A stretch of DNA of 64,000 nt from Methanobacteriota archaeon (GCA_018654845.1 JABIKU010000002.1:81602-145601), one strand, 5' to 3'; positions 8,880 through 19,151 are shown, numbered from the stretch's first letter. Translations and numbers: made by a program. Notes: generated from the letters alone by a model not told the origin.

Positions 8880-9827
8880 ATGTATGGAGTGAATTTTGGC
8901 AATGTTTTAGCGGCTGCAACCCGTATTGAGGGAATCGTTGCCCACACACCAGTCCTCACTTCCCCTATACTCGATTCTCTTGCGGGGCGACGGCTTTTCT
9001 TCAAGTGTGAAAACCTACAACATGTAAGTGCGTTCAAATTTAGAGGAGCGAGTAACGCTGTTGCACTTCTCGGTTCTAATGCACAAAACGGAGTATGTAC
9101 TCACAGCAGTGGCAACCATGCTCAAGCCCTAGCTCTCGCTGCAAAACAAAATGGCATTCCAGCTTACATAGTCATGCCTGAAAACGCCCCTAAAGTCAAG
9201 ATTGCTGGGGTTCGAAATCACGGTGCAGAAATTACCTTCTGTGAACCTACTCTTGCAGCTCGTGAAAATACGGCTGCAGCCGTAATAGAACGTACCGGCG
9301 CTTCCTTCATTCACCCCTATGACAATCAGCACGTTATTGCTGGCCAAGGTACAGCAGCCCTCGAATTAATTGCTGAAAGTGGCCCATTCGACGCCCTAAT
9401 CACTCCCGTCGGAGGAGGCGGTCTACTTTCTGGAACTTGTATCACAACCCGAGCCTTACTGCCAGAAACTCGAATCTTTGGCGCTGAACCCACTGGTGCA
9501 GATGATGCGGCACAATCTCTCGCCGCCGGTGAGCTGATTCCCCAGACCTGCCCCAATACAATCTGTGATGGCCTGTTGACGAGTCTTTGTGATCTAACAT
9601 TCAAGATTCTCAATGATCATGTCGAACAAATCATCACCGTAACCGATGATGATGTTCTAGCAGCCATGAAACTTATTCAACAACACCTAGACATGGTTGT
9701 TGAACCAAGTAGCGCAACGGTTCTCGCAGCAATTCTTAATGAGAATTTCCGCGCACTGCGCGGCATTGACTCTATCGGGTTAATACTCTCGGGCGGTAAT
9801 CTTGACACCTCAACGCTGCCACCCTGA
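8880..9827 (+). CDS. PLP-dependent serine/threonine dehydratase (serine racemase-like)
   Basis: FFKCENLQHVSAFKFRGASNAV (PLP lysine), HSSGNHAQALALAA, and the glycine loop PVGGGGLLSG. An AGGAGG-like site precedes the ATG. Confidence 0.88.
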   Translation: MYGVNFGNVLAAATRIEGIVAHTPVLTSPILDSLAGRRLFFKCENLQHVSAFKFRGASNAVALLGSNAQNGVCTHSSGNHAQALALAAKQNGIPAYIVMPENAPKVKIAGVRNHGAEITFCEPTLAARENTAAAVIERTGASFIHPYDNQHVIAGQGTAALELIAESGPFDALITPVGGGGLLSGTCITTRALLPETRIFGAEPTGADDAAQSLAAGELIPQTCPNTICDGLLTSLCDLTFKILNDHVEQIITVTDDDVLAAMKLIQQHLDMVVEPSSATVLAAILNENFRALRGIDSIGLILSGGNLDTSTLPP

Positions 9828-9838
9828 AAAAAAGAAAT

Positions 9839-9912
9839 TGGAGCACAGGCCGGGATTTGCACCCAGGTACATGGATTTGCAGTCCACTGCATAACTACTC
9901 TGCCACCCGTGC
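9839..9912 (-). tRNA. tRNA-Cys (anticodon GCA), CCA encoded
   Basis: Minus strand reads GCACGGGTGGCAGAGTAGTTATGCAGTGGACTGCAAATCCATGTACCTGGGTGCAAATCCCGGCCTGTGCTCCA. Acceptor 7 bp with one G-U, anticodon stem GTGGA/TCCAT, loop CTGCAAA, T stem CTGGG/CCCGG. The T-loop reads TGCAAAT, so G sits at the usual U55 position. Confidence 0.88.
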
Positions 9913-9997
9913 GGGTAAGGTGAGCGACCGAAGTCCTCTCTTTGAATATTCTCAACCGAATTAGAAACTTTTCAGAATAGGATGTCCGGATATATTG

Positions 9998-11155
9998 ATG
10001 GTGGTTAAGCGCCCCCTATACTCCATGCCTAAGATTTCCACACGCTATGATGGCCTCGGCGTTGGGTTCGCCCCATACCTGCAGCCACCCGGGCCCGAAG
10101 TTGTTCGATGGACAGTTGGCGAACCTGGGTTCGATACCCCAAAGGAAATTGTCGAAACTGCGATTGCTGAATTAGAAGCAGGGAATACAAAATACAATCG
10201 ATGCCAGGGCTCCGTTGCCCTCTGTCAAGCAGTTACAGAATATTTATCGAAACATCATGATATAGAAACAACTCCTGAAAATGTCGTCGTAACGCCGGGC
10301 GCAAAACAAGCCTTACTCTATTCATTCATGATTACTACGATGCCCGGTGACGAAGCTATTCTCCTCGCACCGTGTTGGGCATCATACGAATCAATGCTCG
10401 AAATCATCGGTGCCATTCCAGTAAATGTACCTGTTCGCAAAGATAATTTTCATCCAGATTTTGATGCTATTCGTGCTGCAATTACCAACAAAACAAAAAT
10501 GATTTTGCTCAATTCCCCGTGTAATCCAACCGGTGCGGTTTTCACTCCAGAAGAAATTGCAGAAATTGTCGAAATTGCTGTTGAGCATGATCTTTGGATT
10601 GTCTCTGACGAAATTTACGCCCGCCTGAACTGGACTGATTACCCCCATGTTTCTCCAGCAAGCATCCCAGGAGGGGCTGAACGTACTCTAATTGTCAACG
10701 GATGGTCGAAGTCATGGGCAATGACTGGAATGCGAATTGGATTCCTTACCGGTCCGACCGCTGCTATGAAAGCAGCCATCAAAACTCAATCGAATTCAGC
10801 ATCACATATTCCTACATTCATGATGGAAGCAGCTCGTGTTGCGCTTTCGTGCGATGATTCAGTAGAGATGTTTAATGTTGAATATCAAAAACGTGGAAAA
10901 ATACTGAAAGATGGTTTGGCCGAAATACCAGGATTACGCGTAGGAGATTTCGAAGGAGCGTTCTATGCCTTCGTCGATGTAACTGGAACAGGTATGACCG
11001 ATACAGAATTTGCAGACGGCGCTATGGAGGCTGGTGTGCAATTGATTCCGGCTTCATTAATTTCAGAAGGAGAGGGGTTCGTTCGAATTTCTTATGCAGC
11101 TGATGAAGAAGTAATTTACGAAGGATTACGGCGTCTGAAGTCTTGGTTACTCTGA
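9998..11155 (+). CDS. class I/II pyridoxal-phosphate aminotransferase (aspartate aminotransferase-like)
   Basis: LNSPCNPTGAVF, SDEIYARL, and NGWSKSWAMTGMRIGF (PLP lysine motif SxSK). Confidence 0.9.
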   Translation: MVVKRPLYSMPKISTRYDGLGVGFAPYLQPPGPEVVRWTVGEPGFDTPKEIVETAIAELEAGNTKYNRCQGSVALCQAVTEYLSKHHDIETTPENVVVTPGAKQALLYSFMITTMPGDEAILLAPCWASYESMLEIIGAIPVNVPVRKDNFHPDFDAIRAAITNKTKMILLNSPCNPTGAVFTPEEIAEIVEIAVEHDLWIVSDEIYARLNWTDYPHVSPASIPGGAERTLIVNGWSKSWAMTGMRIGFLTGPTAAMKAAIKTQSNSASHIPTFMMEAARVALSCDDSVEMFNVEYQKRGKILKDGLAEIPGLRVGDFEGAFYAFVDVTGTGMTDTEFADGAMEAGVQLIPASLISEGEGFVRISYAADEEVIYEGLRRLKSWLL

Positions 11156-11207
11156 GAACATTTGAAATCAGATTTCATCAGGCAGGCTCTGTTAGGACGG
11201 TTTTCAA

Positions 11208-11597
11208 ATGACCAGTGCGCACGGCAAACATGTCTACATTGACTATATTGGTTACTACCGTAACGAAATTCATACCGGTGAATGGATGCTGTCTATAATG
11301 GAAAAAGCGGTCGAACTCGCAGGAGTTCGCCATGTCCATTCGCACGTCGTCGAATTTGACGGCAGCCTCAGCCCAACCGGTTTCGCAGCCGTAATTCTCC
11401 TCGACGAAAGTCATGTAAGTGCTCATTGTTATTATGAACAAGGATGGTTGGCATTGGATGCTTTCACTTGTGGTGGAGGAGATCCGAATGTAATAGCCGA
11501 TTATATCGACGAAGCTTTACAATCAGAAATGCCCAAAATCACTCAGATGAGGAGAGATTGTGTCAAACGATTTCTTCACGATGATATTAAAAAATAA
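11208..11597 (+). CDS. speH: S-adenosylmethionine decarboxylase proenzyme (pyruvoyl, SpeH/archaeal type)
   Basis: ~129 aa. The self-cleavage context ILLDESHVSAHCYYE matches the ES-H motif, and LDAFTCGG is present. Confidence 0.85.
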   Translation: MTSAHGKHVYIDYIGYYRNEIHTGEWMLSIMEKAVELAGVRHVHSHVVEFDGSLSPTGFAAVILLDESHVSAHCYYEQGWLALDAFTCGGGDPNVIADYIDEALQSEMPKITQMRRDCVKRFLHDDIKK

Positions 11598-11608
11598 GAG
11601 GTGAAAAA

Positions 11609-12565
11609 ATGAATGTTCGTGAATTTATCAAAGAACATTACAAACACTTCAATGCCGGTGTATTGGCAGATTGTTCAGAATCTCTGAGAGATTTTTTGGA
11701 AAATAATGGTCGATTGATGGTAACCCTCGCGGGTGCGATGTCGACCGCTGAAATAGGCAGATCTTTAGCCCCTGCAATTAAATCTCAAAAGGTCCATGCG
11801 ATCTGTTGTACTGGGGCAAATTTAGAAGAAGATTTGTTTAATTTAGTCGCTCAATCATCATATAAAAAAATTCGTGATTGGCGAAGTTGGACTGCTGAAC
11901 AAGACAAGGAATTGCAAGAACAAGGATTCAATCGGATTACAGATATTGCAATTCCTGAAGAGGAAGCGATTCGGGTAATCGAGAAGCCGCTTCTCGAATT
12001 ATGGCAAGATGCTGAAGCTGCAGGCGATCGGAGATTTCCTCATGAATACCTCTACGATTTATTGCTCCATGGAAATTTGGAATTTGATGCGGATCCAAAC
12101 AATTCTTGGCTTTTGGCAGCGGCTGATGCGAACTTGCCAATTTTTGTTCCTGGCTGGGAGGATTCAACTCTAGGAAATATTTTTGCTAGCAAAGTTATCG
12201 ATTTGACCCTTGCTTCTTCCGATATTGTCAAGGGAGGATTGCAAGCGATGTTAGCCCTCTCAGACTGGTATAGAGAAGATGACTCGCCTACTGGTCTTTT
12301 GCAAGTTGGCGGAGGAATTGCAGGAGATTTTGCAATATGTGTAGTTCCTATGCTCCGCCAAGATGTAATGCTAGACGTTCCTCTTTGGTCATGGTTCGCT
12401 CAAATATCTGAGTCTAGACCTTCATACGGCGGGTATTCAGGTGCCCCACCGAATGAAAAAATAAGTTGGGAAAAATTAGCAGTGGATACACCCAAATTTG
12501 TGATTGAATCCGATGCTACAATAGTCCTCCCCCTCTTACTCGCAAGTTTAGAAAATGAAACATGA
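11609..12565 (+). CDS. dys: deoxyhypusine synthase
   Basis: TLAGAMSTAE, ICCTGANLEEDL, VGGGIAGDF, and a conserved catalytic-lysine context PNEKISWEKL (compare eukaryotic DEAVSWGKI). Confidence 0.85.
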   Translation: MNVREFIKEHYKHFNAGVLADCSESLRDFLENNGRLMVTLAGAMSTAEIGRSLAPAIKSQKVHAICCTGANLEEDLFNLVAQSSYKKIRDWRSWTAEQDKELQEQGFNRITDIAIPEEEAIRVIEKPLLELWQDAEAAGDRRFPHEYLYDLLLHGNLEFDADPNNSWLLAAADANLPIFVPGWEDSTLGNIFASKVIDLTLASSDIVKGGLQAMLALSDWYREDDSPTGLLQVGGGIAGDFAICVVPMLRQDVMLDVPLWSWFAQISESRPSYGGYSGAPPNEKISWEKLAVDTPKFVIESDATIVLPLLLASLENET

Positions 12566-12597
12566 TGTGTCGACATGTCAAATATATTTGATGAATA

Positions 12598-13893
12598 ATG
12601 GAGTGGCAGAACACTTTCCCGACGTGCTCCCTTCCGTCATCCGTGGAAGAGCGGGATGCCCTGCCAGTTTACGGCACGTCGGCGCACAAAATTACGTCGA
12701 TAATAGTCGGTGCATGCGTTATCCTAGCTGGGCTCACCGGAGTGTTCCTCTACTCCGTAGTGAAAGAAGCCATAGATTCCAACGAAGAAGATGTCAAAGA
12801 GGACTTTGAGAATAGTAGGCCCGTAAATTGGCCAAATTCTACCTATGTTGTCGACGATATAGAAACTCTTTCTGACTTTGGATATAGAAAAATCGACACA
12901 GTCGCTCACGCTAATGCTGGGGACTTTATTGAGTTCAGATTTAATGATCTGGGATATGAGGTGGAAGTTCAAGAATTCGTCACCGAACTTTGTGATGATT
13001 GTCGGAATTATATCGCAACTATAGAGGGGCAAGATCCAGACTCCTGGATAGTAGTCGGAGGACACTATGATGCTATTTGTTACAGTCAACAAATTGTCAT
13101 TGGCATAGAGTATCCTGGTTGCACTTCTGAAGGAGCCTATGACGACGCTACCGGCACAGCCTCAGTACTCGAACTCGCACGTTTGATGATGGAGTGGCAG
13201 TCTGAATTATCTGAATGGCAGTCAATTCAGGGAACTCCGCAAATAGACATCAGACCAAAACACAGCTGGAAGTTCGCAGTTTGGGACTACGAGGAGTGGC
13301 AGGGTAGCGGATCACCAGAGGGTGCAGGGTATGGGAGTGAGACCTTTGTCACTACTCTTCCTGAGGGAGTAGAAATAGCGACTTACATCAATCTCGACAT
13401 GTACGGCCTGAACTGGCCTGTCGAAACTCAGTTGATCAGCCAACTCAGCGGCTGTGACGAGGACTACTTCCATCTCTATCTGTTCACCTCGCCGGTCGAC
13501 GACTGGTCGTATTATGAGGATCGAGGATTGAATGTGACCGATGAGATGAGGGAGCAGGCAGTAGCGCTACAGGACAGGCTGGGAATGGTGTTGTATGAGC
13601 AACTGGAGTACCCGACGGAATGGGTCGTGGTTCTCGACGACACCAAAGGCAATTCAGACCACTACAACTTCATCTCGCGAGGCTGGCCAGCAACATGGTT
13701 CCGCGGCATGCACGAGTTCCTTCAGGAAGAGGACGACACTTGCGAGCAATCTCCTAAACACGCCCCAACAGACAGGGTAGATATTCTGTACAGTCTTGCC
13801 GGCGGCCGCGAAGGCCTTGAGGCAGGAATGCACACAGGGCTCGATGCTCTGGCCTTGCTGATGTGGTTCGACATCACTGGAAAATCCAACTAA
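12598..13893 (+). CDS. membrane-anchored M28 family metallopeptidase
   Basis: N-terminal TM (IIVGACVILAGLTGVFLY). M28 zinc-ligand contexts VVGGHYDA, GAYDDATGTASVLELARLM, FAVWDYEEWQG and INLDMYG. Confidence 0.75.
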   Translation: MEWQNTFPTCSLPSSVEERDALPVYGTSAHKITSIIVGACVILAGLTGVFLYSVVKEAIDSNEEDVKEDFENSRPVNWPNSTYVVDDIETLSDFGYRKIDTVAHANAGDFIEFRFNDLGYEVEVQEFVTELCDDCRNYIATIEGQDPDSWIVVGGHYDAICYSQQIVIGIEYPGCTSEGAYDDATGTASVLELARLMMEWQSELSEWQSIQGTPQIDIRPKHSWKFAVWDYEEWQGSGSPEGAGYGSETFVTTLPEGVEIATYINLDMYGLNWPVETQLISQLSGCDEDYFHLYLFTSPVDDWSYYEDRGLNVTDEMREQAVALQDRLGMVLYEQLEYPTEWVVVLDDTKGNSDHYNFISRGWPATWFRGMHEFLQEEDDTCEQSPKHAPTDRVDILYSLAGGREGLEAGMHTGLDALALLMWFDITGKSN

Positions 13894-15182
13894 AATAAGT
13901 TTGAATAATCGCTACACTGCTCTGATATTCTCAATAATTGATTGTATTTTGCAGTACGATCAGACCGGGCTGGTGCACCGGTTTTGATTTGCCCCGCATT
14001 AGTTCCAACTGCAACATCTGAAATTGTCGTATCACTCGTTTCACCTGAACGATGAGAAATGATTGTTCCAAATTCGGCTTGCTTCGCCATTTCAATTACT
14101 CGCAACGTTTCACTAACTGTTCCTATTTGATTGAGTTTGATTAGAATTGAATTAGACGCTCCCTCTTCGATTCCTCTTTTGAATCGTTGTGGATTTGTCA
14201 CATATAGATCATCACCTACGACTTGGCATCGATGGCCTTCGCGACTGGTAAATTCAATCCATGATTCCCAATCGTCCTCACCAAATGGATCCTCCATAGA
14301 TATGATTGGATAATGATCAAGCCAACTTGAATATAATCTACCTAGTTCTGAACCTGAAATCACTTTTCCATCAATATGGTAACCATCATCTTCACAGAAC
14401 TCTTGTGCTGCTACATCGAGTGCGATTGAGATTTGAGTGCCCGGGGCATACCCTGCATTGTTAATCGCATCAACTAAGTATCGCAATCCCTCTTCATTTC
14501 GAGGGAGATTTGGTGCGAAACCACCTTCATCACCTACCCCTCCAAGCAACCCTTCATCCTTCAGAACGCCCTTCAAAGCATGATAAATTTCTGTTCCCGC
14601 ACGGAATGCATCAGAGAAGGAATTGAAACCATGTGGCACGACCATGAATTCTTGAACATCGACATTCGACACCGCATGCGCACCGCCATTGAGAATATTC
14701 ATCATCGGTACGGGTAATGTCGTTTTTTCACCATTGGCTATGTGAGCCCATAACGGTTCACCTGCAACCTCTGCCGCTGCACGCAAGCAAGCCACTGATG
14801 CTCCTAGCATAGCATTAGCTCCGAGATTACCCTTGTTTTTCGTCCCATCTAGGGCGACCATCGCTGTATCGAGGGCTTCTTGATCGTTAACATTTAATCC
14901 TACCAATAAATTGCGGATGGCGCCGTTGGTATTAGCGACGGCTGTATCAACCCCTTTTCCTGCCCAAATAGGTCCACCATCACGTAACTCAACGGCCTCA
15001 TGACTTCCCGTGCTAGCACCGGAAGGAACGCCAGCACGACCGCGCAGTACCCCATCAACATAGCAATCGACCTCGATCGTGGGGTTGCCTCTCGAATCAA
15101 GAATCATGCGGCCAATAATGTCGGTGATGACACCACTCATTGATGAGGCCAAGGCGAGCCCCTTTCTGATGGTTGCGCTCAT
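13890..15182 (-). CDS. eno: enolase (phosphopyruvate hydratase)
   Basis: ILDSRGNPTIEV, SGASTGSHEAVELRD, LNGGAHA, IKLNQIGTVSETL and SHRSGETSDTTISDVAV. Confidence 0.97.
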   Translation of the reverse strand: MSATIRKGLALASSMSGVITDIIGRMILDSRGNPTIEVDCYVDGVLRGRAGVPSGASTGSHEAVELRDGGPIWAGKGVDTAVANTNGAIRNLLVGLNVNDQEALDTAMVALDGTKNKGNLGANAMLGASVACLRAAAEVAGEPLWAHIANGEKTTLPVPMMNILNGGAHAVSNVDVQEFMVVPHGFNSFSDAFRAGTEIYHALKGVLKDEGLLGGVGDEGGFAPNLPRNEEGLRYLVDAINNAGYAPGTQISIALDVAAQEFCEDDGYHIDGKVISGSELGRLYSSWLDHYPIISMEDPFGEDDWESWIEFTSREGHRCQVVGDDLYVTNPQRFKRGIEEGASNSILIKLNQIGTVSETLRVIEMAKQAEFGTIISHRSGETSDTTISDVAVGTNAGQIKTGAPARSDRTAKYNQLLRISEQCSDYSNLF

Positions 15183-15191
15183 TGTGCTTGC

Positions 15192-15707
15192 TCACGCATT
15201 CAGCCAACTCAACCATCGAGATACTCGATGTTGAATTTCTGGTATCTCCATTTCAGACCTACAACACTTTTCCCAACAGAGTTGTTCTTCAGATGGAGAA
15301 ATTGAAAATAACTCGGCTCTGAAAATTATTCCATCATCTTGCGGGCCATCATTGCGCTTATCATCAATGAAACAATGTAACAAATGCTTAGGATAATGAT
15401 GCATCTTTCCAGCTGTGGGACAACATAGCATTACACTCTTTTCGAGGAAAAGAAGTGAGGAACCATCATCAGCATCAACCTCATGGCCGAGTATTTTGCA
15501 ACTCGATAACAACGAAGCCACATCAATATTGTACCACTGTGCATAAGAACGTGATAGCCCTAAGTTTGATACATCATCAAGATATTCTTGAATTCGCAGA
15601 TGAGCTACCGCCTCTTCCCCCGTCATAGTCACTGAAATGTCGGCGACCCATATGAATGCGACTTTTACAAATAATTCCACAATACTACGGATTCCGGAAA
15701 AATGCAT
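15192..15707 (-). CDS. hypothetical Cys/His-rich protein upstream of eno
   Basis: ORF ends 9 nt before the eno start. It contains CCPTAGKMHHYPKHLLHC and CWEKCC. The real start may be the internal MTGEEAV. Confidence 0.4.
   Translation of the reverse strand: MHFSGIRSIVELFVKVAFIWVADISVTMTGEEAVAHLRIQEYLDDVSNLGLSRSYAQWYNIDVASLLSSCKILGHEVDADDGSSLLFLEKSVMLCCPTAGKMHHYPKHLLHCFIDDKRNDGPQDDGIIFRAELFSISPSEEQLCWEKCCRSEMEIPEIQHRVSRWLSWLNA
15692..15699. promoter_or_regulatory. TTCCGGAA motif in the divergent region upstream of the Lrp/AsnC gene
   Basis: GATTCCGGAAAAATGCATGACTATTTTTCC contains the inverted arms GGAAAAAT/ATTTTTCC. A related TTTCGGAA lies at 15755-15762. Confidence 0.3.
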
Positions 15708-15768
15708 GACTATTTTTCCTCACAAGGCATGAGTAAGATACAAAAGGAGAATGGTTTCGGAATAATTC

Positions 15769-16191
15769 ATGATAGAAGTGGATTCCCTTGATAGGAGTAT
15801 TTTGAGCGTTTTGAGAAACTCATCTAGATTACCATTTGTAGAGATTGCAAAACAAGTTGGAGTAACTGAAAGAACGGTTCGCACCCGTATGCGACGGCTC
15901 GAAGAAGAAGGAATTATTCGCGGTTATACAATACGTGAAGCAGGTATTGGCCTAACAGCCTTAGTGCGCCTAAAGGTGGGGCCTGGAACAGAAATTGGAA
16001 CACTCGCAGGAGAATATGCGACCTGGAATGGTGTAGAATGTATTTACGAAATTAGTGGAGACGCAGATTTGGTTGCTGTCATTCACATCGATGATACAAT
16101 TGCCCTCAGAACATTACTCGATAAGATGTGGCTTGCAGCCCCTGGTGAAATTACTTCAACTCAAACTGAGTTGGTTCTCGAACAATATTGA
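15769..16191 (+). CDS. Lrp/AsnC family transcriptional regulator
   Basis: LDRSILSVLRNSSRLPFVEIAKQVGVTERTVRTRMRRLEEEGIIRGY (HTH_AsnC) followed by a RAM/ACT-like C-terminal domain. 140 aa. Confidence 0.9.
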   Translation: MIEVDSLDRSILSVLRNSSRLPFVEIAKQVGVTERTVRTRMRRLEEEGIIRGYTIREAGIGLTALVRLKVGPGTEIGTLAGEYATWNGVECIYEISGDADLVAVIHIDDTIALRTLLDKMWLAAPGEITSTQTELVLEQY

Positions 16192-16209
16192 TTGTTTTTC
16201 TAATGGGTA

Positions 16210-16761
16210 TTATTTCCATTTAACCGAACAGCCAATACTTTCTGTTCTCTGATTAGTTATTGCCTCTCCTTTGGCCAAAGAACTGATTGCATCAGAAAGC
16301 TCTGCGGTGGTTGCATGAGATGGATCACGAGGCGAGTCATCCATTCTGCCACGATAAACTACTCTTCCTTCGGCGTTTATCAAATAAAATTCAGGGGTTC
16401 TTTCAGCGCCGTAAGCAGTAGCGATTTCTTGGGTTTTATCATGTAAATATGGGTATGACATTCCTTTCATGGCTCGTTTAACCATATTATCCCAAGAATC
16501 AGATTCATAATTCACCGGGTCATTTGAGTTTATTCCAACAAATCCAATGCCATTTGCTCTCGCCTTAACTGCCATCCCCTCAATTCTAGCTTCTGATCCA
16601 ACCACATATGGACAATGGTTGCAAGTGAATGTTACAATGGCACCTTTCTCACCCATGGCCTCTGCTAACGTCATCAATTCTTTTCCAGAATTTGGATTGG
16701 CATTCGACAAAGAAAAGTTTGCAGCAAAATCTCCGGGTTCAAGGCTGATAGGGGGTGACAT
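16210..16761 (-). CDS. thioredoxin-fold thiol-disulfide oxidoreductase (redoxin/AhpC-TSA-like)
   Basis: GDFAANFSL, active-site-like FTCNHCPYV, NSNDP and the TPEFYLI pattern. Start taken at MSPPISL (16761) to avoid overlap with the upstream gene. Confidence 0.78.
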   Translation of the reverse strand: MSPPISLEPGDFAANFSLSNANPNSGKELMTLAEAMGEKGAIVTFTCNHCPYVVGSEARIEGMAVKARANGIGFVGINSNDPVNYESDSWDNMVKRAMKGMSYPYLHDKTQEIATAYGAERTPEFYLINAEGRVVYRGRMDDSPRDPSHATTAELSDAISSLAKGEAITNQRTESIGCSVKWK

Positions 16762-16787
16762 TGCCTCGTGCTGTGTAAATAGGTGAT

Positions 16788-19082
16788 TCAATCCTTTGGC
16801 AGGAAAGTTACACCTGTTTTGGCTTCATTGGAGCATTCCTGAAGCCTTCGGCGTGCCAATCGGTGTTCAGGGTCGACATCGAGAACTTTTCTCCAAGCAG
16901 AGACTGCCTCAGCATCCCCTTCTTCATGCAAAATTGCTGCACTTCTCAATCTAGCATCAAGATGTCGTGGATCATATTTTGCTGCTGCATCAAAATCAGC
17001 ACGAGCTGCATCGATGCGCCCAAATTCAAGGTATAGAAGGCCGCGTTGATACCAAGCATCAGAATGTTGGGGGTCGATTCTGATAGCTTCGTTTAGGGGT
17101 TTTTCTGCTTGTTCGGCTCGATTCATTGCGATCAGACAGGTTCCCTGATGGATGAGTGCCATAGTATGATTCGGGTCTTTTTCAATCAGTCGGCGTAATT
17201 CAGATTCAGCTGCAATCCAATCGCCTAGATTCATCAGTATTTCTGCTCGACGCTGACGAGCGATATTCAGGTCTGGTGCTCGCTCGACAAGATCGTTAGC
17301 ATCATCTAGCGCAGAGGCGAGGTCGTTGTGCAGAAGAGCTGCAGAACAACGATTTAATCGAGCACGGATGTGGCTTGGATCCATCGAGAGAACTTTCGAA
17401 AAGGAGGTCTGCGCTTCAACAACCCTGCCTTGTCGAGCAGCAATCAGACCGCGAATATATGGAATGGATGTGTGATGTTGTAGGTTTGTTGCAGCTTCTG
17501 CAACGAGTGAAGTTGCTTGAGCAAGGTCACCTATATCAATGCATAATAGTGCTTCTTCAAGAGGGATAGAAGGATGTTTAGGGATTAATCTTCTAGCACG
17601 AACGAGAGCAATTTCGGCCTCTTTAGTTGAGCCTTGGTAACGAAGAGCTCGGGATCTCCCCAACCATGCAAGGCCAGATTCCCTATCCCGCTCGATTGCA
17701 GCATCGAAGGAAACCATCGCATCGAGTAGGATCATATGGTCATGTTTTCCGGTTTTATCTCGATACTCATCTGCTGCCAATAGATGTAATCTACCTTCCA
17801 TGACGTGAAGAGCAGCACAGTCCCAAGATTCCGCTGGCGCTGCTTCTAGAACTTGTCTTGACCAATCAACTGCTCCTGCTCTAAATAGGACAAGGCTAAG
17901 ACGACCTCGTGCCTCAGAATCCAGCGGATTATCATCAACCCACTCTTCTAAAACAGCACGAGCCGCATCGAGTTTACCTTCATTTTCAAGTATTTCAGAT
18001 TCGAGCAAAACACCATATTCACCGAGCGCAACAGCACGCCGTACAGCTTGTAGGGCTTCTTTTGTTCTGCCTTCTCCGGCAGCCAATAATTTTGCCTTGA
18101 GCAACCAAGCATCGGCATTGAGTGCGTCTTGTTCAATCGCGGCCTCAATGGTCTCCAGGGCTACACTAATCTCTCCAAGTAGCATCAATTTAGCTGATTT
18201 CTCGACCAGCCCCTCAGTGGTTGTTGGGTTGTCTAATCGGGGGTCGGTCGCTTTTCTTGCCTGATGTGCGCGCTCAGCAATATCTGTTACTTCAGACAAA
18301 TTTCCTTCAATTTCAAATTCTTCGCCCAATCCTTCTAGTCGGCGAAGATTACGAGTTTGACGATCATCACCCAAACCAAGTAAGAGAACTGCTTGTTCCT
18401 TGAGAACCTCGACATTGTCCGGTTCGATTGCTAACAATCTCTCAAGCGTGCGATCAAGAGTATCAACATCACCCTGCTCTCGTTGAATTGTTGCCAATGA
18501 ATGTAGAGGAGATGGGTCTTCGGCAGCAATCGAATGGGCTCTACGATAGAAATCAGTTGCTCGGGTCTTTTTTCCAGATTCATGTAACAGTTCACCGATT
18601 CTACGGAGTTCATCTCCGTTCAATTCCAAATCTTCAGCAAGCATTTCTGCTTCATTCAATATCGCATCAAATCGCAAAACTAAAGGAATGATTCCTGGCA
18701 GCATTACCTTTTCACCTTCCTCATCGGCCTCGCCGAGATAATTATTGAGGATTGATTTGGCCGCATGTGTGGCTATCGCACAGGATTCGCTGGAACTAAC
18801 CGTGACCCCTTGCTCGAATAACAGAGTTTCGGCTGATTCTAGAGAACGATGAACCTGAAGTAATTCTTGAACTTCTGGTGTTTCGCCTAATACTGTATCA
18901 ACACCTCTTGAAAGAAGATCAAGACGTCGAGATGTGTCGGTCAAATTCCCTTCTAAATTGCCAAGTTTAGTCGCCATTTTTCCTCTTTGATGTAGAACCG
19001 ATTGGTGGCGAAGCCAAAGGGTGAGCAAAGCGATGCCTAGTAATCCATACAAAGACAGAATGCCAATGGTCGCCTGCTCCAT
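16788..19082 (-). CDS. membrane-anchored tetratricopeptide (TPR) repeat protein
   Basis: N-terminal TM (ILSLYGLLGIALLTLWL) followed by many 34-aa TPR-like units, e.g. AWYQRGLLYLEFGRIDAARADFDAAAKYDPRH. Confidence 0.85.
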   Translation of the reverse strand: MEQATIGILSLYGLLGIALLTLWLRHQSVLHQRGKMATKLGNLEGNLTDTSRRLDLLSRGVDTVLGETPEVQELLQVHRSLESAETLLFEQGVTVSSSESCAIATHAAKSILNNYLGEADEEGEKVMLPGIIPLVLRFDAILNEAEMLAEDLELNGDELRRIGELLHESGKKTRATDFYRRAHSIAAEDPSPLHSLATIQREQGDVDTLDRTLERLLAIEPDNVEVLKEQAVLLLGLGDDRQTRNLRRLEGLGEEFEIEGNLSEVTDIAERAHQARKATDPRLDNPTTTEGLVEKSAKLMLLGEISVALETIEAAIEQDALNADAWLLKAKLLAAGEGRTKEALQAVRRAVALGEYGVLLESEILENEGKLDAARAVLEEWVDDNPLDSEARGRLSLVLFRAGAVDWSRQVLEAAPAESWDCAALHVMEGRLHLLAADEYRDKTGKHDHMILLDAMVSFDAAIERDRESGLAWLGRSRALRYQGSTKEAEIALVRARRLIPKHPSIPLEEALLCIDIGDLAQATSLVAEAATNLQHHTSIPYIRGLIAARQGRVVEAQTSFSKVLSMDPSHIRARLNRCSAALLHNDLASALDDANDLVERAPDLNIARQRRAEILMNLGDWIAAESELRRLIEKDPNHTMALIHQGTCLIAMNRAEQAEKPLNEAIRIDPQHSDAWYQRGLLYLEFGRIDAARADFDAAAKYDPRHLDARLRSAAILHEEGDAEAVSAWRKVLDVDPEHRLARRRLQECSNEAKTGVTFLPKD

Positions 19083-19151
19083 TCATCTTGAGCGGAACTG
19101 AGGGACTTTTGATGGCTTCTACTGTTGAACTGGCTAACGCTGCTGTTTAGA

